Source: an uncultured Planctomycetota bacterium
GTDB taxonomy: Bacteria; Planctomycetota; Planctomycetia; Gemmatales; HRBIN36
Direction of reading: 5' to 3'
Assembly: GCA_937944855.1 (NCBI GenBank)
Contig: CALFAY010000032.1
Span: 10,194-74,193, forward strand
Length of the DNA: 64,000 nt
The notes under the pieces were generated by a model. The model worked only from the letters and a program-made list of their open reading frames with translations, had not been told where the DNA came from and made no database searches. The position numbers and the translations under genes were made by a program. This document shows positions 42,370 to 51,408 of the stretch, one piece after another. The first letter of the stretch is position 1, and each line of letters opens with the position of its first letter.

Positions 42370-42951
42370 TCAGGCCCCTTGAGCGACTTCCACGGCGGGC
42401 GGCTTGAGCAGTTCGGGAGGCGGCTCAGCCCCGACCTGCCGCCAGGTCTTGACCTCCTCCTCGACGCTGCGGACCCAGTTCAAGTCACCCCGTCGCCACA
42501 AGTAGGCATAGCCGACCAGCAACACGCCGAAGAACACCAGAATGTCCGCCAGAGCGATCCAGCCCAGCGTCACGGCGACGTCGGCCATCTCCGCCGCCGA
42601 CTGAGCGGCGCCTTCCACGTGGGGCGGAACCAGGGCCTGCACCACCTGTTGCCGGGAAGCTTCGTCCAGCCCGGCATCCCCCAGGGCGTTGAGCTTTCCG
42701 AATACCACCGCCCATGGGAAGAAGAACGCCACCTCGACCTCGAAGATGACGAACAGCAGGGCGATGACGTAGAACCGCAGGTCGAATTGCACCCACGAGG
42801 TGCCGATGGTCGGCTCGCCGCACTCGTACACCGCCAGTTTTTCCGGTTCCGGCTTGGCGGGACGGACGATCTTGCCGATCAGCAGGTGGACCAGAATGAA
42901 GCCCACCCCGACGACGGTGAACAACAGGCAGTAGGCAAGCAGCGTCGGCAT
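42370..42951 (-). CDS. nuoA: NADH-quinone oxidoreductase subunit A (extended form)
   Basis: YECGEP and FDLRFYVIALLFVIFEVEVAFFFPW are NuoA signatures. At 193 aa it carries an insert before the last TM helix and a ~40-aa C-terminal tail. Confidence 0.85.
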   Translation of the reverse strand: MPTLLAYCLLFTVVGVGFILVHLLIGKIVRPAKPEPEKLAVYECGEPTIGTSWVQFDLRFYVIALLFVIFEVEVAFFFPWAVVFGKLNALGDAGLDEASRQQVVQALVPPHVEGAAQSAAEMADVAVTLGWIALADILVFFGVLLVGYAYLWRRGDLNWVRSVEEEVKTWRQVGAEPPPELLKPPAVEVAQGA

Positions 42952-42982
42952 GTTGCGTTCCTGTCCGTTTGCCGAGACGGTC

Positions 42983-43459
42983 CTAAAGCATGTCCCCAGC
43001 TTTTTCCCGAACCGGGCGGGGACTGGCTTCCGCGATCTTTTCCGTGCCGGTCAGTTTTCGGCGTCCCGCGAAACCCGCGTCGATCTCATGCCAGTGAGCA
43101 ACTTCCGGCTCGCCGTACTTCCAGCAGAGATAGATTTCGCGTCCTTCCAGGAGAGCCGGGAAGTCCACCAGGCCGTCCCAGCCCTTGAGTTCGACGCCCA
43201 GCTCCCGTAATTCGTCCACCAGCTCTTCGATGCGGGCGGCTCCGCGTTCGACTTCCCGCCGCAGACTGAGCCGTTCCTCGGCGTAGTAATCCGACTCCTC
43301 TCCCTCATCACCGCGTGCTAATTGTTCCTGGCGACGTTGCAGATCGGCTGCCGACTCGACAATGTCGCGGACGATGGACCGCAGCAGCGGCAACATCCTG
43401 TTGGCCTGTTCGACGGTGAAGTACCGTTTCGGAGCTGCGTGCGGGCGCGGGGTAGTCAT
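42983..43459 (-). CDS. DUF2203-like protein
   Basis: From ATG 43459: [24 protein letters not shown]...[38 protein letters not shown]. The family assignment is from memory. Confidence 0.6.
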   Translation of the reverse strand: MTTPRPHAAPKRYFTVEQANRMLPLLRSIVRDIVESAADLQRRQEQLARGDEGEESDYYAEERLSLRREVERGAARIEELVDELRELGVELKGWDGLVDFPALLEGREIYLCWKYGEPEVAHWHEIDAGFAGRRKLTGTEKIAEASPRPVREKAGDML

Positions 43460-43500
43460 CGCACCTGGTCTCCCAGGGGGCCTGAGCGAAACGGCCCGAA

Positions 43501-44082
43501 TCACGAACTCTTGCTCTCCGTTGCCGGTTGAGAGGCCGGGGCAGCTTTGGGCGGCGGAGGCGGATCGGGCGGCTTGGTCCAGACCGGCTCCGTCACCAGC
43601 TTGGAAGCGGCAATGGCCGTGGGGTTGAGCGTCGCCTGGCCCCAGGCCACATCCAGCGGCAATTTCGCAAAATCTACCACCAGGCCGTCCCGGCTGTAGC
43701 AACTGATGTCGTAATTGGAACCCATGAAAATGCAGTCAACCGGACAGGGATCCACGCACAGCGCGCAGAAGATGCACTTGCTGTAGTCGATCTTGAAGCC
43801 GTTGACGCGGAAGCCCTTGCCGACGGGGTTCTTGATCTTGTCAATGTAGATGCAGTCCACCGGGCAGGCCCGGGCACACTTGTCGCAGCCGATGCACGTC
43901 GTCAGGTCGAAGCGGTGATAGCCGCGGTAGCGGGGCTTGACCGGGACCGGCTTTTCGGGGAACTCGAACCGTTGGGTGAACGTTTGCCGACGATAGGTCT
44001 CGAAGAAATACCAGAGCGTAACGTACATGCCTTTGGCGACGGTCGCCACGGCCATGTAGATGTCTCGAAACCAGCGCCGCAT
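43501..44082 (-). CDS. nuoI: NuoI-like 2x[4Fe-4S] ferredoxin subunit of NADH-quinone oxidoreductase
   Basis: From ATG 44082: [28 protein letters not shown] and [19 protein letters not shown], with a proline-rich C-terminal extension. Confidence 0.75.
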   Translation of the reverse strand: MRRWFRDIYMAVATVAKGMYVTLWYFFETYRRQTFTQRFEFPEKPVPVKPRYRGYHRFDLTTCIGCDKCARACPVDCIYIDKIKNPVGKGFRVNGFKIDYSKCIFCALCVDPCPVDCIFMGSNYDISCYSRDGLVVDFAKLPLDVAWGQATLNPTAIAASKLVTEPVWTKPPDPPPPPKAAPASQPATESKSS

Positions 44083-44173
44083 GATGCCCCCCGCCGCAAG
44101 TGAAGGTGCCTGGCACCGAAAGATTATAGGAAACCGCGAAATGCTTCGCCAATGACGCCTCAAGCGACCGGGA

Positions 44174-44404
44174 TCACGCGGAGGCCGGCTGCGGCGGCGG
44201 AGCGGTTTCGGCAGCCTGGAAACCGACGGATCGGTGCGAGCCGTCGCAGAACGGCCGGTTCCTGGAATGCCCGCAGCGGCACAGGGCGATGGTATCCTTC
44301 CCTTGCGGCAACGGGAACGGATTGCCGAAGTGATCAACGATCTGGAATGCCCCTTGAATCACCAGCGGACCGTTTTCCCGGCAGCGGATCGTCACCGACG
44401 ACAT
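44174..44404 (-). CDS. CDGSH-type iron-sulfur domain protein
   Basis: 76 aa. The sequence [16 protein letters not shown] matches the C-x-C-x2-(S/T)-x3-P-x-C-D-G-(S/A/T)-H signature. Confidence 0.8.
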   Translation of the reverse strand: MSSVTIRCRENGPLVIQGAFQIVDHFGNPFPLPQGKDTIALCRCGHSRNRPFCDGSHRSVGFQAAETAPPPQPASA

Positions 44405-44525
44405 GGCTCACCTCGTGGATTTGAAGATCGGAATACCGTCGGCTGTTTTACAAAGGCAGACGAGTGGCGAGTAGGCCCGCTCGGGCTGCGGCATATGCTG
44501 CGTTTCGTGCCGACGACACCGCCGG

Positions 44526-45227
44526 TCACGACGGCGTCTTGTCGAACTCCTCGCTCCGCTCATGCGGCAGGAAGAGCCAGGAGATGCGTTCGGCCATGCG
44601 GCGGATGAACTCGCGGCGGAACTTGGACGGCGGCAGTTCCGGCGAGACGGGGATGGGGCGGTCCTTGGGGAAGTACACAGTGACGGTTTCCGGGCCGAAG
44701 ACGGTCTCCTCGTTTTCGGTGCGAACCACGGACACCTGGACGTCGGCCTGGCCGCGATAGAGGATCTGGCTAGGTCCGTCTTCGTACAGCGAGAGCTTGC
44801 TGACCTGGATGTAGATCACATAGTCCGCTTTGAGGGCCTTGCCGATGTCAGCAGGATCCCAGGTCGTCCAGTCGTGGTGCTCGTCCTGCCAGCGGGCAAC
44901 TCGGCTGGCCTTGATGACCTCGATCTTCCGTGGTCGGTCCAGGAAATCATTCTTGGGATCCTCGAACCCCTGCCATAACATCCGCGAGAGCATGTCGTTA
45001 AGTTCGTAATCCAGATGGCCGAACTCGACCTGCGTTGTCAAGTCGGCATAGGTCACGACGACGATGCGGTGAGCATCTTCCGGAAACTCGAAGGCGGGAG
45101 GCACGCGCTGGTCAAAGCCCATCATCACCGCGGCCACGTAGAACGGAGCGAGGATCTGGCAGCCGAGCGTGCCCCCCAGCAGCGGCGCCAGAACCAGCAA
45201 AGAGCGGAAAATCGGCTTGGCCGTCAT
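44526..45227 (-). CDS. Hypothetical lipoprotein
   Basis: From ATG 45227, after GGGAGTGAGAG: MTAKPIFRSLLVLAPLLGGTLGC is a lipobox-like signal. I recognise no family. Confidence 0.5.
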   Translation of the reverse strand: MTAKPIFRSLLVLAPLLGGTLGCQILAPFYVAAVMMGFDQRVPPAFEFPEDAHRIVVVTYADLTTQVEFGHLDYELNDMLSRMLWQGFEDPKNDFLDRPRKIEVIKASRVARWQDEHHDWTTWDPADIGKALKADYVIYIQVSKLSLYEDGPSQILYRGQADVQVSVVRTENEETVFGPETVTVYFPKDRPIPVSPELPPSKFRREFIRRMAERISWLFLPHERSEEFDKTPS

Positions 45228-45792
45228 GGCTCTCACTCCCACCGAGTCGGGATACAGCTTCCGTGCGCATCGGCTGGGCCAGCCGGCCCTCGGTTAACCA
45301 GCGGATGCCGAGCCGGATCCCCCAGACCCCCAGCATCACGATCACCCAGAAGATCACGCACCGGCTCAGGAACACGTCGTAATCGCGGATGAGCAGGCGT
45401 CGGCCCCAGGCACCGCAGACGGCACAATAGGGCAGCATCAGCAGGCAGAAGACGGCCAGCAGCGTCCCGACCGGATTGGCCCGCAACGAGTCGAGGACTC
45501 GCCCCCGGACCAGATGGCAGAAACTGGTGGTCATCCCGCACGACGGACAAGGCACTCCCCCGGTCACGACGTAGAAGCTGCACGGCGGCAGCCCCAGTTG
45601 ACGATGCGTCCCGATGCCCGCTGAACTGGGCCGAAGCCAGGCGGCGACGGCGAACACGCCAGCGATCAATACCGCGATGCCTAACAAGGTCAGCCGTACC
45701 CACAGGTTCAATCGCGGATCCGGCAACATTGACGGCAGACGTCGTTCCTGTTCGAACTCAGAAAGGCGAACCATACCGAGGTTCTTCGACAT
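45112..45792 (-). CDS. DUF2752-like membrane protein
   Basis: PPCSFYVVTGGVPCPSCGMTTSFCHL motif, plus hydrophobic helices. The 3' end overlaps the next gene by about 116 nt. Confidence 0.65.
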   Translation of the reverse strand: MSKNLGMVRLSEFEQERRLPSMLPDPRLNLWVRLTLLGIAVLIAGVFAVAAWLRPSSAGIGTHRQLGLPPCSFYVVTGGVPCPSCGMTTSFCHLVRGRVLDSLRANPVGTLLAVFCLLMLPYCAVCGAWGRRLLIRDYDVFLSRCVIFWVIVMLGVWGIRLGIRWLTEGRLAQPMRTEAVSRLGGSESHDGQADFPLFAGSGAAAGGHARLPDPRSVLRGRGDDGL

Positions 45793-45864
45793 GGCAAGTC
45801 CAAGTTGCGGGTTCGATCCTCATTGCCTCTGTCAGTTTCGCGGACGCGGGAGGACGAGGCAAGC

Positions 45865-46575
45865 TCAGGCGGCCCGACGAGCCGGGAAAGGCGGGGTTCT
45901 TGCGGCAGCTTGTGCCGGGCAACTTGCCGCGGTTTCGGCACGGCGCGTCGCTTCCAGGAGGGCTGCTTCGACCCGGACGCGGTATTGCTCCAAAGCAGCC
46001 CGGTCAGCGTCGGCCGGGACCGTGATCGGATCCAGGGCCACGACGACCGCCTCGGTTCCCGGATGGGGGACGGCAAAGCGATCCCAGCTGCGGGCACGCC
46101 AGCATCTGCGATAGGCGATGCCGACCGGCACAATGGGCAGGCCGGTTTTCGAGGCGGCGAAGACAATGCCCGGCTGGACGCGGCGGCGCGGCCCCCGGGG
46201 ACCATCGGGGGTGATCAGCAGATGCGAACTCCGACCCTTGTCCACTAGTTCCCGCAAGGCTTCCGCTCCTCCACGCGTGCTTGACCCACGTACCGTCTGG
46301 TAGCCCAGGTAATGACAAACCTGGGCGATCAGTTCGCCGTCCGCATGACGGCTGATGAGGACGTGAAACCTGCCACGGAAGCGGATGCCAGTCGGGAAAA
46401 GCAGATGCTCGTGCCACAGAGCGTAAATGAAGCGTCCCGACAACTTCGGATCGTTCGGGTGTACCGGAGTTTTCGGAAGCAGGAAGCGGTAGCGGAGGCT
46501 CCGCATCCAGAAGCGGACAATCAGCGCCGCCAGAAAAGCCGCACAGGCAATCAGCACCGGATGACGCAGTTTCAT
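45865..46575 (-). CDS. DUF374 / lysophospholipid acyltransferase-like protein
   Basis: From ATG 46575: MKLRHPVLIACAAFLAALIV..., FIYALWHEHLLF, and ITPDGPRGPRRRVQPGIVFAASKTGLPIVPV. Confidence 0.65.
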   Translation of the reverse strand: MKLRHPVLIACAAFLAALIVRFWMRSLRYRFLLPKTPVHPNDPKLSGRFIYALWHEHLLFPTGIRFRGRFHVLISRHADGELIAQVCHYLGYQTVRGSSTRGGAEALRELVDKGRSSHLLITPDGPRGPRRRVQPGIVFAASKTGLPIVPVGIAYRRCWRARSWDRFAVPHPGTEAVVVALDPITVPADADRAALEQYRVRVEAALLEATRRAETAASCPAQAAARTPPFPARRAA

Positions 46576-46831
46576 AGGAACGTCCGTGTCGCTTCGGCAG
46601 TCCGTTCGCAGTTTCAGACCGCGCGTCACGGTAGCAAGCCGTCGGGCCTTTTGCCAGAGCAGCTGGAGGAAGCACCAGACGTACTTGCGTTCCCCCGTCC
46701 CGCCGCTGGTCCAGCCCGCGCCCCGGCATACGATAAGAGCACGGTCAGGTCGGGCGAGCGGGCAGCATTAGTTGTCCGACAGGGCGAGCCGGGAGCGTCA
46801 GTTTCCAGAAGATGCGGCGGAGGCCACCAGC

Positions 46832-47911
46832 TTGAGACAGCGGACAGCCTTGTACGATTGGCACGTTTCCCACGGCGCTCGCATGGTGGACTTCGCCGGC
46901 TGGGACATGCCGGTGATCTACACCGGCATCGTCGAAGAGCATCAGGCGGTGCGGACGGGCTGCGGCATCTTCGACATCGGCCACATGGGCCGCCTGGAAA
47001 TCACTGGGCCCGAGGCCCTCGATCTCGTGCAGTATCTTTGCACGAACAATGCCGCCACGATGAAGGAAGGCCAGGTCCGCTACAGTCTGATCTGCAATGA
47101 ATCCGGCGGCGTGCAGGACGACGTGCTCATCTACCGCTGGCCCGATCGCTTCTGGCTCGTGGTCAACGCCGCCAACCGGCAGAAGATTCTGGACAGCATC
47201 GCCCGGATCCGAGGCTCTCGCCGGGCTACTGTAACCGACCTGACGCTGAACACGGGCATGGTGGCCGTCCAGGGGCCGAAAGCGCTAGAACTGTGCCGCG
47301 GTCTCGTGCCTGTGGACCTGGAAGCCATCCCCTACTATTTCGCGGTGCGAACGACGTTCCAGGGCGAGGAGTGCAAGGTCAGCCGCACCGGGTACACCGG
47401 CGAAGATGGCGTCGAGTTTGTGGTTCCGTCAGAAAAGATTGCGGAGCTTTGGTCCACCCTGGCCGAACGGGGCTGCCGGCCGTGCGGCCTCGGAGCGCGG
47501 GACACGCTGCGGCTCGAAGCGGCAATGCCCTTGTACGGTCACGAACTGACGGAAGAGATCGATCCGTTCCAAGCCGGGCTGGGCTGGGCGGTGAAGTTCG
47601 ACAAGGGCGACTTCCTGGGCCGGGACAGCCTAAAGATGAGACAGCAGGACGCCACCCTGCCGCGGCGGGTCGGGCTGGAGCTGCCCGGCAAACGCATCGC
47701 CCGGGAGGGCTACCCGGTGCTGGCGTTGGATGGTCGGCCGATCGGCCATGTGACCAGCGGCACGCTTGCCCCGACGCTGCAAAAAAGCATCGCCATGGCC
47801 TATGTGCAGCCGGAATTCACGACTCCGGGTACACCAGTGCAAGTGGACATCCGCGGCAAGCCGGAGCCGGCCGGGGTGGTCAAATTGCCGTTCTACTCCC
47901 GCAAAAAGTGA
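46832..47911 (+). CDS. gcvT: Glycine cleavage system aminomethyltransferase T
   Basis: RTALYDWHVSHGARMVDFAGWDMPVIY, RTGYTGEDGVEF, and LGARDTLRLEA. I prefer the TTG start at 46832 (GGAGG at 46819-46823, 8-nt spacing). The track ORF starts at TTG 46772 with a low-complexity extension. Confidence 0.88.
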   Translation: MRQRTALYDWHVSHGARMVDFAGWDMPVIYTGIVEEHQAVRTGCGIFDIGHMGRLEITGPEALDLVQYLCTNNAATMKEGQVRYSLICNESGGVQDDVLIYRWPDRFWLVVNAANRQKILDSIARIRGSRRATVTDLTLNTGMVAVQGPKALELCRGLVPVDLEAIPYYFAVRTTFQGEECKVSRTGYTGEDGVEFVVPSEKIAELWSTLAERGCRPCGLGARDTLRLEAAMPLYGHELTEEIDPFQAGLGWAVKFDKGDFLGRDSLKMRQQDATLPRRVGLELPGKRIAREGYPVLALDGRPIGHVTSGTLAPTLQKSIAMAYVQPEFTTPGTPVQVDIRGKPEPAGVVKLPFYSRKK

Positions 47912-47958
47912 AACGGGCGTGGAACAGGACAGAGCGACAATCGTCAGGCGGAGGCAGA

Positions 47959-48342
47959 ATGGACCCGAAAGACTTGCGGTACGCTCCGACCCATGAATGG
48001 GCGGTGCAGAAGAAGGATTTGGTGATCGTCGGCATCACCAGGTTCGCTGTCGATCAACTGACCGACATTGTTTATGTGGACCTGCCCGACGTCGGCGACC
48101 ACACGTTCGCCGGGGATAGCTTCGGGGAAATCGAGTCCGTCAAGGCGGTCAGCGATCTGTATGCCCCCGTGAATGGGGAGATCGTCGAGATCAACAAGAA
48201 GCTGCTCGACAACCCGAAACTGCTCTCCGAAGACCCCTACGGAGCTGGCTGGCTGGTCAAGATCCGTCCCGAGCCGGGCCAGACGCTGGATCATCTGATG
48301 ACCCTGGAACAGTACGAGAAGCAGATTGCCGAAGGCCACTAG
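47959..48342 (+). CDS. gcvH: Glycine cleavage system H protein
   Basis: From ATG 47959: YAPTHEWA, and the lipoyl-lysine motif EIESVKAVSDLYAPV. Confidence 0.9.
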   Translation: MDPKDLRYAPTHEWAVQKKDLVIVGITRFAVDQLTDIVYVDLPDVGDHTFAGDSFGEIESVKAVSDLYAPVNGEIVEINKKLLDNPKLLSEDPYGAGWLVKIRPEPGQTLDHLMTLEQYEKQIAEGH

Positions 48343-48378
48343 TTCGGCATCCCTCACCCGTTGCACAAGCGAACTGCG

Positions 48379-49728
48379 ATGTCCTACATCCTCAATACCG
48401 AAGCCGATCAGCGGGCCATGCTCCGCGAAATCGGGGTGAACTCGCTGGACGAGCTTTTCGAGGCCATTCCCCCGGCTTGCCGGTTGAACCGCGATCTGGC
48501 CGTGCCGCCCGGCCTGACCGAGATGGAACTGACGGCCCACCTGACCGAACTGGCCCGGAAGAACCGCTCGGCAGACGACACCGTCTGCTTTCTTGGCGGA
48601 GGCAGTTACGACCACTTCATCCCGGCGGTCGTGGACGTGATCGCCAGCCGCAGCGAGTTCTACACCGCTTACACGCCCTACCAGGCCGAGGCCAGCCAAG
48701 GCAGCCTCCAGGCGTTCTTCGAGTATCAGACGCTCATTTGCCAATTGACCGGGATGGATGTGTCGAACGCCAGTCTGTACGACGGCGGCAGTGCAGTCGC
48801 CGAGGCCGCCCTGATGGCCCTTGCTGCGACTGGAAGGCAGGGGCCGATCCTCATTGCCGAAAGCGTCCATCCGGAGTACCGGCTCAATCTTCAGACCTAT
48901 CTGACCAATCTCGATTCGCAGGTGGTTACGCTGCCGACGCCGTCGGGGCGACTCGATCCGGACGACCTGCGCAGGAGTCTGACCGCTGACACGGTCTGCG
49001 TGATCGTGCAGCATCCAAATTTCTTTGGCTCTCTGGAGGAGGTCGAAGAGATCGGCAAACTGGCTCACGAACATGGGGCCTTGTTCGTCGTCAGTGTGGA
49101 TCCGATCAGCCTGGGGCTTTTGCGTCGGCCGGGCGAGTACGGAGCAGACATCGTCGTCGCCGAGGGGCAGGGTCTGGGAACTCCGATGCAGTTCGGGGGA
49201 CCGTATCTCGGGATTCTCGCCTGTCGGGAGCAGTTCGTCCGCAAGATGCCGGGACGACTCGTGGGCCAGACCACCGACCGCAACGGCAAACGGTGCTGGG
49301 TCCTGACGCTTCAGACCCGCGAACAGCACATCCGCCGGGAGAAGGCCACGAGCAACATCTGCACCAATCAGGGCCTGCTCGCACTGCGGGCCACGGTCTA
49401 TCTCGCCGCCCTGGGGCCGCTGGGGCTGCGGGAAACCGCGGAATTGTGCCTGCGAAAAGCTCATTACGCCGCTGAGCAGTTGACTCGGCTGCCCGGCGTC
49501 CGGCTCCGCTTCACGCATCCGTTCTTCAAGGAGTTCGTCCTCCAAGTACCCGGCGACGTGTCAGCGGTCTTGTCCAAACTGCTGCGGGAAGGGTATCATG
49601 CTGGTCTGCACCTGGGACGCTGGCATCCGGGCCTGTCCGATTGTCTGAGCATCGCGGTCACGGAAAAACGGACCAAAGGCGAGATCGCCGGTCTGGTTGA
49701 AGCGTTTCGCAAGGTTCTGGGCGGCTGA
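48379..49728 (+). CDS. gcvPA: Glycine dehydrogenase (decarboxylating) subunit 1
   Basis: From ATG 48379: FLGGGSYDHFIP, YTAYTPYQAEASQGSLQ, and TREQHIRREKATSNICTNQ. Confidence 0.9.
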   Translation: MSYILNTEADQRAMLREIGVNSLDELFEAIPPACRLNRDLAVPPGLTEMELTAHLTELARKNRSADDTVCFLGGGSYDHFIPAVVDVIASRSEFYTAYTPYQAEASQGSLQAFFEYQTLICQLTGMDVSNASLYDGGSAVAEAALMALAATGRQGPILIAESVHPEYRLNLQTYLTNLDSQVVTLPTPSGRLDPDDLRRSLTADTVCVIVQHPNFFGSLEEVEEIGKLAHEHGALFVVSVDPISLGLLRRPGEYGADIVVAEGQGLGTPMQFGGPYLGILACREQFVRKMPGRLVGQTTDRNGKRCWVLTLQTREQHIRREKATSNICTNQGLLALRATVYLAALGPLGLRETAELCLRKAHYAAEQLTRLPGVRLRFTHPFFKEFVLQVPGDVSAVLSKLLREGYHAGLHLGRWHPGLSDCLSIAVTEKRTKGEIAGLVEAFRKVLGG

Positions 49729-49760
49729 AGCCTCCTGCATCCGATCCACGGAGGGATCCT

Positions 49761-50240
49761 ATGCGCATTCCGACCTTGGCTCTGGCAGTGTGTCTGACCT
49801 TTCCCCTCCTGTTTCAAGGCGGCGGAGTTCGGGGAGAAGACGCCCCCTCGGAGCGGGTGATTCATGCCGCCGTGGTGGCCTTCCTCGAAGCGGTCAAATC
49901 GCAAAGTTCCGAGGCCGTGATGAAGACCGTGGACGTGCCCTGGTTCCACATGGGCGAGGAAGTCATCAAAGAGCGCGACAAACTCAAAAGCGAATTCGAT
50001 TCCCTGTTCCGCCGACGGACCTTCTCCGATCTTCGCTTCGAGATTCTGAAAACCGCTGCCTACGACTTGATTCGGGATCGCACGACCGCTGAAGAACGCC
50101 AGCTGCTCGACGCCGTGCTCGGTCCCAAGGACATTGTTGTCCTGATCTCGATGGACACGCAGATGAATCGGAATCGCAAGGTCGTGCTGCTCGTCCGCTC
50201 CAGCGGCAAGGAAGCCAAGGTCGTCGGACTGAAGGAGTGA
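49761..50240 (+). CDS. Secreted hypothetical protein
   Basis: 159 aa. MRIPTLALAVCLTFPLLFQGGG is a signal peptide. I recognise no family. Confidence 0.5.
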   Translation: MRIPTLALAVCLTFPLLFQGGGVRGEDAPSERVIHAAVVAFLEAVKSQSSEAVMKTVDVPWFHMGEEVIKERDKLKSEFDSLFRRRTFSDLRFEILKTAAYDLIRDRTTAEERQLLDAVLGPKDIVVLISMDTQMNRNRKVVLLVRSSGKEAKVVGLKE

Positions 50241-50247
50241 AGGCGGC

Positions 50248-51408
50248 GTGAGGATCTTGTTCGTCACTTCACGGCTGGACTTCGGCGGCCTTGAGCGGCA
50301 ACTGGCCCTGCTGGTCCAAGGCGTGCGGGATGCCGGCTGGTTCCCCGAGATCGCATGCCTGGGCAGCCTGGGCGAAGCCGCGGAGAAGCTGATCGCTCCC
50401 CCCGTCCCCGTCCACAGCTTCTCCGGCCACCGGCACGATCCCCGCCTGCTGTCGTGGCTTTGCCGAGTCATTTCCAGGAATAAGCCGGACCTGATTCACG
50501 TCTGGAACCAGATGGAAATCCTGGTTGGGTTGTTGGCGGTCATCGCTTTTCCCGGCATTCCTGTGGTCGCCACAGCCGAGCGGCCCGACTGGCTGGGTGA
50601 GCCGTGGCGACGCTGGCTCAATCGGTTGCTTGACCTGCGCATTTCCCGCTGGGTCATTCCGAGTTGTGGAGCCGCAGCGGCCTGGCAACAAGGCGGCCTG
50701 GCTTCGGAACGCCTGAGCGTGATCGAACCCGCCATTGAAATCCCAGACTTTTCGCCAGTTTCGCCGACTGATTTGCGTCGGTCTTTGAACGTCCCCGACG
50801 ATGCCCCGCTGATCGTCGCCGCCGGGCGGCTCTCCGCGGATTATGCCTTTCGGGACGCCTTGTGGGCTTTTGACATCCTAAAATATGTGCAACCGCGAGC
50901 CGTGCTGGCCGTGCTCGGCGACGGGCCGGATCTTCCCAAGCTGGAACGCTTCGCCGCGGACATTCGGCTCGGCAATCAGGTGCGCTTCCTGGGTCGGGTT
51001 TCGCATTTGAAACCGTGGCTGACGGCAGCCGATGTCGTCTGGGTGCCCAATCTGGCCGGGGAAGTGCCGGATGTCCTTCTGCAAGCCATGGCATTGGGCA
51101 GGCCGATCGTCACTCTCAGAGTCTCGGCCGTGGAAGGCTTCCTGGAAGACGGCCGACATGCCGTGCTAATGCCGAAGGGCGACCAACCCGCCCTGGCTCA
51201 GGCGACGCAGCGATTGCTCGCTGATCGGGCAACGGCCCGCAGGTTGGGAAGCGCGGCTCGACAGCTGGCTGGAGAGCGATTCTCGCCGAAAAAGATGATT
51301 GACAACTACCTGACACTGTACCGGAGCCTGGCAGGCTCGGCGAGAGTCGGGCCTGATCCTGCCCGGGCAGTGCGGCTCCCGACATCGCACCTGGAGCGTA
51401 CCGCATGA
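50248..51408 (+). CDS. GT4-family (GT-B fold) glycosyltransferase
   Basis: GTG start. MRILFVTSRLDFGGLERQ, and a C-terminal donor-binding region (GEVPDVLLQAMALGRPIV). Confidence 0.75.
   Translation: MRILFVTSRLDFGGLERQLALLVQGVRDAGWFPEIACLGSLGEAAEKLIAPPVPVHSFSGHRHDPRLLSWLCRVISRNKPDLIHVWNQMEILVGLLAVIAFPGIPVVATAERPDWLGEPWRRWLNRLLDLRISRWVIPSCGAAAAWQQGGLASERLSVIEPAIEIPDFSPVSPTDLRRSLNVPDDAPLIVAAGRLSADYAFRDALWAFDILKYVQPRAVLAVLGDGPDLPKLERFAADIRLGNQVRFLGRVSHLKPWLTAADVVWVPNLAGEVPDVLLQAMALGRPIVTLRVSAVEGFLEDGRHAVLMPKGDQPALAQATQRLLADRATARRLGSAARQLAGERFSPKKMIDNYLTLYRSLAGSARVGPDPARAVRLPTSHLERTA

Noticed and set aside
45801-45830. tRNA T-arm-like strings: GCGGGTTCGATCCTC here, and GGTTCGATT near 12274.
   Set aside because: No complementary T-stem, acceptor stem or anticodon arm can be drawn around either, so they are chance matches.
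46576-46860. Possible glycine riboswitch upstream of gcvT (GGGAGCG..., CGGCGGAGGCCACC, CTTGAGACAGCGGACAG vaguely resemble the GGAGAG, ACCGAAGGGGCAA and CUCAGGCAAAAGGACAG cores).
   Set aside because: The conserved cores are not actually present. The candidate is too short for an aptamer and lacks P3. The GGAGG is better explained as the Shine-Dalgarno of a TTG start at 46832. The interval also has to hold the promoter of the divergent DUF374 gene. It is kept only as a hairpin observation.
47944-49545. Long antisense ORFs opposite well-supported genes. Examples: 47944-49545, 25124-26410, 40056-41174, 14131-15084, 17981-18976, 36172-37251, 37391-38479, 51306-52274, 10417-11301, 12893-13663, 56310-57104.
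   Set aside because: They are typical high-GC artefacts: stop codons are rare on the antisense strand, the composition is Arg/Pro/Gly-rich, there are no motifs, and each lies opposite a gene with clear family signatures.
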